In this document: positions 59,395 to 64,000 of the stretch, one piece after another
Layout: each line of letters starts with the position of its first letter
Numbering within the stretch: position 1 is the stretch's first letter
From: Scyliorhinus canicula
Lineage: Eukaryota
NCBI RefSeq assembly: GCF_902713615.1
Contig: NC_052162.1
Coordinates: 103,195,811 to 103,259,810, forward strand
DNA length: 64,000 nt
Direction: 5' to 3'
Notes under the pieces: model-generated
Told to the model about the DNA's origin: nothing
Database searches by the model: none
What the model saw: only the letters and a program-made list of their open reading frames with translations
Translations under genes and position numbers: made by a program

Positions 59395-60699
59395 TTGTGG
59401 TAGGGCGCTGGAAATCAGAACAATAAGCCAGCAAGTATAGAGACTGGGGAAGAGCATGGTATCGGGGCCAGGCTAGCTAAGAGAAAGGGCAGGCTGGGGG
59501 AGGTCGAACCCAGTGGGACTGGAGGTCTGGAGTGTATCTGCTTCAATGCACGGAGTATAACAGGTAACCTTGATTCATGCGCAGTAACGGAAACTGGGTT
59601 AAAAAAGGGGCAAGACTGGCAGCTAAATATTCCGAGATATAGGTGTTTTAGGTGAGACAGTGGGGGGGGGTAAAAGATGTGGGGGAGTTGCAATATTGGT
59701 TAGAGAATATTACAGCTGTTCAGAGGGAGGACACCTTGAAAGTAACGAGGCACTGTGGTTAGAACTCAGAAGCAGGAAGGGAGCAATCACTATGATGTGC
59801 GCGGGAAGTTGAAGAGCAAATATGTAAGCAGATTCTGGATAGATGTAGAAATAATAGGGTTGTTGTCGTAGGAGATTTTAATTTTCCTCATATTGATTGG
59901 AAATTCCTTAGAGCTAGGGGTCTGGATGGCGGGGAATTTGTTGAGTGTGTCCAGGAAGGTTTTTTGGAACAGTATATGGATATGCCCACGAGAGAGGGGC
60001 TAAACTGGACCTAGTACCAGGGAATGAGCCTGGCCAGATCATCAAGACTGCAGTACAAAGAACAAAGAAAATTACAGCACAGGAACAGGCCCTTCGGCCC
60101 TCCCAGCCTGCGCCGATCCAGATCCTTTATCTAAACCTGTTGCCTATTTTCCAGGGTCTACTTCTCTCTGTTCCCCATCCGTTCATATATCTGTCCAGAT
60201 GCATCTTAAACGATGCTATCGTGCCCGCCTCTACCACCTCCGCTGGTACATGGGGAACATGTGGCAAACAGTGACCACAATTCCTTTCAGATACTCATGG
60301 AAAAGGACGAGTGTTGTCCTAGGGTTACGGTGCTAAATTGGGGCTAACTGCAACCAGATTAGGCAGGATTTGGAGGCTGTTGTTTGGGAGAGGCTGTTTG
60401 AGGGTAAATCCACGTTTGGCTTGTGGGAGTCTTTTGAGGAGCAGTTGATGGGAGTGCAGGACAGGCATGTGCCGATGAAAACGAAAGGCAGGATTCAGGA
60501 ACCAGAGATGGTGTAATTTATGTTAGTTATATTGAACGTTGGTTCGGCCACATTTGAAATACTGTGTCTAATTCTGGTCACCACACTACCAAAAGGATGT
60601 GGAGACTTTGGAGAAAGTACATAAAAGGTTTACCACAATGTTGCCTGGTATGGAGGGTATTAGCTACGAGGATAGATTGAATGAACTGGGATTGTTCTC

Positions 60700-60738
<39 letters not shown>

Positions 60739-61140
60739 AGGGAGGGAGGGAGGGAGGGAGGGAGGGAGGGAGGGAGGGAGGCTGAGGGGTGACCCGATAG
60801 AAGTTTATAAAATTATGAGGGATATAGATAGGGCAGACAATTGGAGGCTTTTTTCCCAGGGTGGAAATGACAATTAACTGGGGGCACAAGTTCAAGGTGA
60901 GGGGGGGATAGTTTCAGTGGAGATGTGTGGGGGATTTTCTTATACAGAGGATGGTGGTTGCCTGAATGCACTGCCAAGTGAGGTGGTTCAGGCAGATACA
61001 TTAGCGACCTTTGAGACTTATCTGGATAGACCCATGAACAGACAGGGTATAGAAGGATACAGGCAGTTGGTCTAGATAGGACACATGCAGGCTGGAGGAC
61101 TGAAGGGCCTGTTCCTGTGCTGTACTATCCTTTGTCCTTT
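59395..61140 (+). mobile_element. composite of CR1 fragments (EN piece, inverted 3' tail 60055-60250, RT 3' end)
   Basis: CICFNARSITG and GDFNFPHIDW-like motifs; ALEKVHKRFT-like region; CR1 tail near 61100-61140. Confidence 0.75.
60702..60781. repeat. (GA)n-(GGGA)n compound microsatellite inside CR1 RT
   Basis: Directly visible. Confidence 0.95.
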
Positions 61141-61639
61141 TGTTTTTTGCCTGAACCATGTTCATTCTGATAGTTGGGGTATGTTTCTGCAGATGTTAAT
61201 CCCTGTAACTGGGCTGGAGTTTAATATTCTGGATCCATGGCTGATTGTGTTCTCGGGGTTGTAGTGACCCTTTAAGAACTGCTGTCTGTGATCTTTTCCC
61301 ATAATTCAGGAACTCTCATCAAAAATTATATTACAACAAGATTCTGAACTTTTACTTCAATACTCACTTGATCTTTGATGCAAACTCCACAATTCAGTGT
61401 CTGAGAGTTCCGCAGATTAACATCTCAAATTAGAAAGTGCTGATTAATCCTATCTGAAACGTCTTACTGACTTGCACATTACACACAGTGACACCTCCAT
61501 TATCCAGCAGAAAGACTGGGAATGGGAATTGGTGGAGAATCACGAGTTCACAAATGTTACTCCACCCGCCTGGTCCAGAAATTCCCTCTGCACAGGAATG
61601 GAGACAAATTAAATCTAAGTAATGGATCGCAGAAATCTC

Positions 61640-62157
61640 TGTATTTAAAATATAAAATATTCATAAATTTATGAAATATTTGAAAAATCGCTCTCTTTTA
61701 TGAAGAAAGCATCCATAGCAGCTTGCTAGCTGACAGAGGACAGGCCTGTTATCTCTGCCAAGGACATGTCTCCAGCACGGGGCCTGAAACAAAACATTTC
61801 TAACCCAAATTGGATCTCATGACGCGTACGGAAATCAACTGTCTGTAAAGGTTAAAACAGGCCCTCGAGATTAAAGAGGTTTTGAAATAATCCGTGCTGG
61901 CTTCAGCACCCACACTCTGGCTCACACCAGTTAACCGTTCATAGGCACTGCCACCACCAACAATGGAGACCAGCTCTCACTCTGGGACGGGTAAACGGTT
62001 TCAACCTGTCACAGGTTGTGTGTTTTTCTGTCTGTTTCACTGCTGCATCTATTTAAATTGTTGCTTCTCAATAAACTATGTTAAAATAATTTCTTAATTA
62101 TTTCGGTAATCTATAACGCTCAGACCTAAATAATTGAAGTGGTGTTCGGAGTGGGAT
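61640..62157 (+). mobile_element. possible LTR followed by a tRNA-Leu-type primer-binding site
   Basis: TGTA start at 61640 (boundary uncertain), AATAAA at 62070, TGGTGTTCGGAGTGGGAT at 62140-62157 (16/18 to the complement of the tRNA-Leu(CAG) 3' end). Confidence 0.4.
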
Positions 62158-62164
62158 CACAGTG

Positions 62165-62436
62165 GTTGAGATATGGGCTTGAGAAGCATCAGTCCCAAAC
62201 ATCTGGCCTGCCAAGACACATGCGTAGTCACACTGGGGAAAAGTTCTGTAAATGCAGGGACTGGAAATTCATCAGCACAGTCACAGTGGGGCGCCCAGTG
62301 TGGGAAACAATTCATTCAGTTATCCACCTTGCTGAGAAACCAGCAAATTCACACCGGGGTGAGGCCCTTCACCTACTCCATGAGTGGGAATGGATTTACT
62401 CGGTTATCTCATCTGAGACACCAGCGAGTTCACACT
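62165..62436 (+). pseudogene. degenerate C2H2 zinc-finger gene fragment
   Basis: [16 protein letters not shown] and [25 protein letters not shown]...HLRHQRVHT in different frames, with Cys/His losses. Confidence 0.8.
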
Positions 62437-62678
62437 TGATTTGATTTATTATTGTCACATGTATTAGTATACAGTGAAAAGTATTGTTTCTTGCATGCTG
62501 TACAAACAACAAAGGAGAGACTGCAGAATACAATGTTACAGTTACAGCAAGGTGTAGAGAAAAGATCAACTTAATATGAGGTAGGTCCATTCAAAAGTCT
62601 GATGGCAGCAGGGCAGAAGCTGTTCTTGAGTCGGTTGGTATGTGACCTCAAACTTTGGTATCTTTTTCCTGGCAGAAG
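62437..62678 (-). mobile_element. LINE 3' end, probably Rex1/Babar type
   Basis: Minus strand ends ...acaataataaatcaaatcaa; contains gcagaagctgttcttgagtc, recalled as typical of these tails. Confidence 0.45.
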
Positions 62679-63945
62679 AACGAAGAAAATTACAGCACAG
62701 GAACAGGCCCTTCGGCCCTCCCAGCCTGCGCGGATCCAGATCCTTTATCTAAACCTGTCGCCTATTTTCCAAGGATCTACTTCCCTCTGTTCCCCACCTG
62801 TTCATATATCTGTCTAGATGCATCTTAAATGATGCTATCGTGCCCGTCTCCACCACCTCCGCTGGCAAAGCGTTCCAGGCATCCACCACCCTCTGTGTAA
62901 AAAAAAATTTCCACGCACATCTCCCTTAAACTTTCCCCCTCTCACCTTGAAATCGTGACCCCTTGTAATTGACACCCCCACTCTTGGAAAAAGCTTGTTG
63001 CTATTCACCCTGTCCATACCTCTCATAATTTTGTAGACCTCAATCAGGTCCCCCTTCAACCTACTCCTTTCCAATGAAAACAATCCTAATCGACTCAAAC
63101 TTTCTTCACAGCTAGCACCCTCCATACCAGGCAATATCCTGGTTAAACTCCTCTGCACCCTCTCTAAAGCATCCACATCCTTCTGGTAATGTGGCGACCA
63201 GAACTGCACGCAGTATTCCAAATGTGGCCTAAACAAAGTCCTCTACAACTGTAACATGACCTGCTGACTCTTGTACTCAATACCCCGTCCAATAAAGGCA
63301 AGCATGCTGTATGCCTTCTTGACCACTCTATCAACTTGCGTTGCCACCTTAAGGGGACAATGGACCTGAACTCCCAGATCTCTCTACATCAATTTTCCCC
63401 AGGATTCTTCCATTGACCGTATAGTCCGCTCTTGAATTGGATCTTCCAAAATGCATCACCTCGCATTGCCTGGATTGAACTCCATCTGCCATTTCTCTGC
63501 CCAACTCTCCAATCTATATTTTGCTGTATTCTCTGACAGTTCCCCTCGCTATCTGCAACTCCACCAACCTTAGTATCATCTGCAAACTTGCTAATCAGAC
63601 CACCTATACCTTGGTCCAGATCATTTGTGTATATCACAAACAACAGTGGTCCGAGCACGGATCCCTGTGGAACACCACTAGTCACCTTTCTACATTTTGA
63701 GACACTTCCTTCCACCACTACTCTCCTGTTGCCCAGTCAGTTCTTTATCCATCTAGCTAGTACACCCTGAACCCCATGCGACTTCACTTTTTCCATTAAC
63801 CTGCCATGGGAAACTTTATCAAACGGCTTACTGAAATCCATGTATATGGCATCTACAGCCCTACCCTCATGAATTAACTTTGTCACTTCCTCAAAGAATT
63901 CTATTAGGTTTGTAAGACATGACCTTCCTGCACAAAACCATGTCT
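62679..63945 (-). mobile_element. 5'-truncated CR1 RT and 3' UTR
   Basis: [42 protein letters not shown] in ORFs 63958-63737, 63718-63389 and 63236-62835. Confidence 0.92.
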
Positions 63946-64000
63946 CTCTCGTTCCCACAGAATCTCCTATCTATCCCCCTAACTATGGAGTTTCCAATGA

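Overview
Eukaryotic genomic DNA, most likely from a shark or other elasmobranch (inferred from abundant HE1-type V-SINEs and their CR1 partner LINEs). Most of the window is deeply nested retroelement sequence. It holds four near-full-length CR1 LINEs (ORF1 with zinc finger and SGNH esterase, ORF2 with APE endonuclease and RT) and several L1-clade LINEs, including short ORF1-retaining derivatives with target-site duplications (TSDs). It also holds a GalEa-like Ty1/copia element with its 3' LTR, RTE, L2 and Rex fragments, many SINEs, a GC-rich Harbinger-type MITE and two Penelope-type terminal repeats with decayed hammerhead-ribozyme motifs. The host component is a cluster of C2H2 zinc-finger genes with no KRAB domain visible: two intact CDSs (53782-54903 and 58002-59345), one relic, three housekeeping-type promoter/first-exon regions and two tRNA pseudogenes. 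No rRNA or CRISPR features were seen. All family calls come from motif recognition by eye, not database searches.
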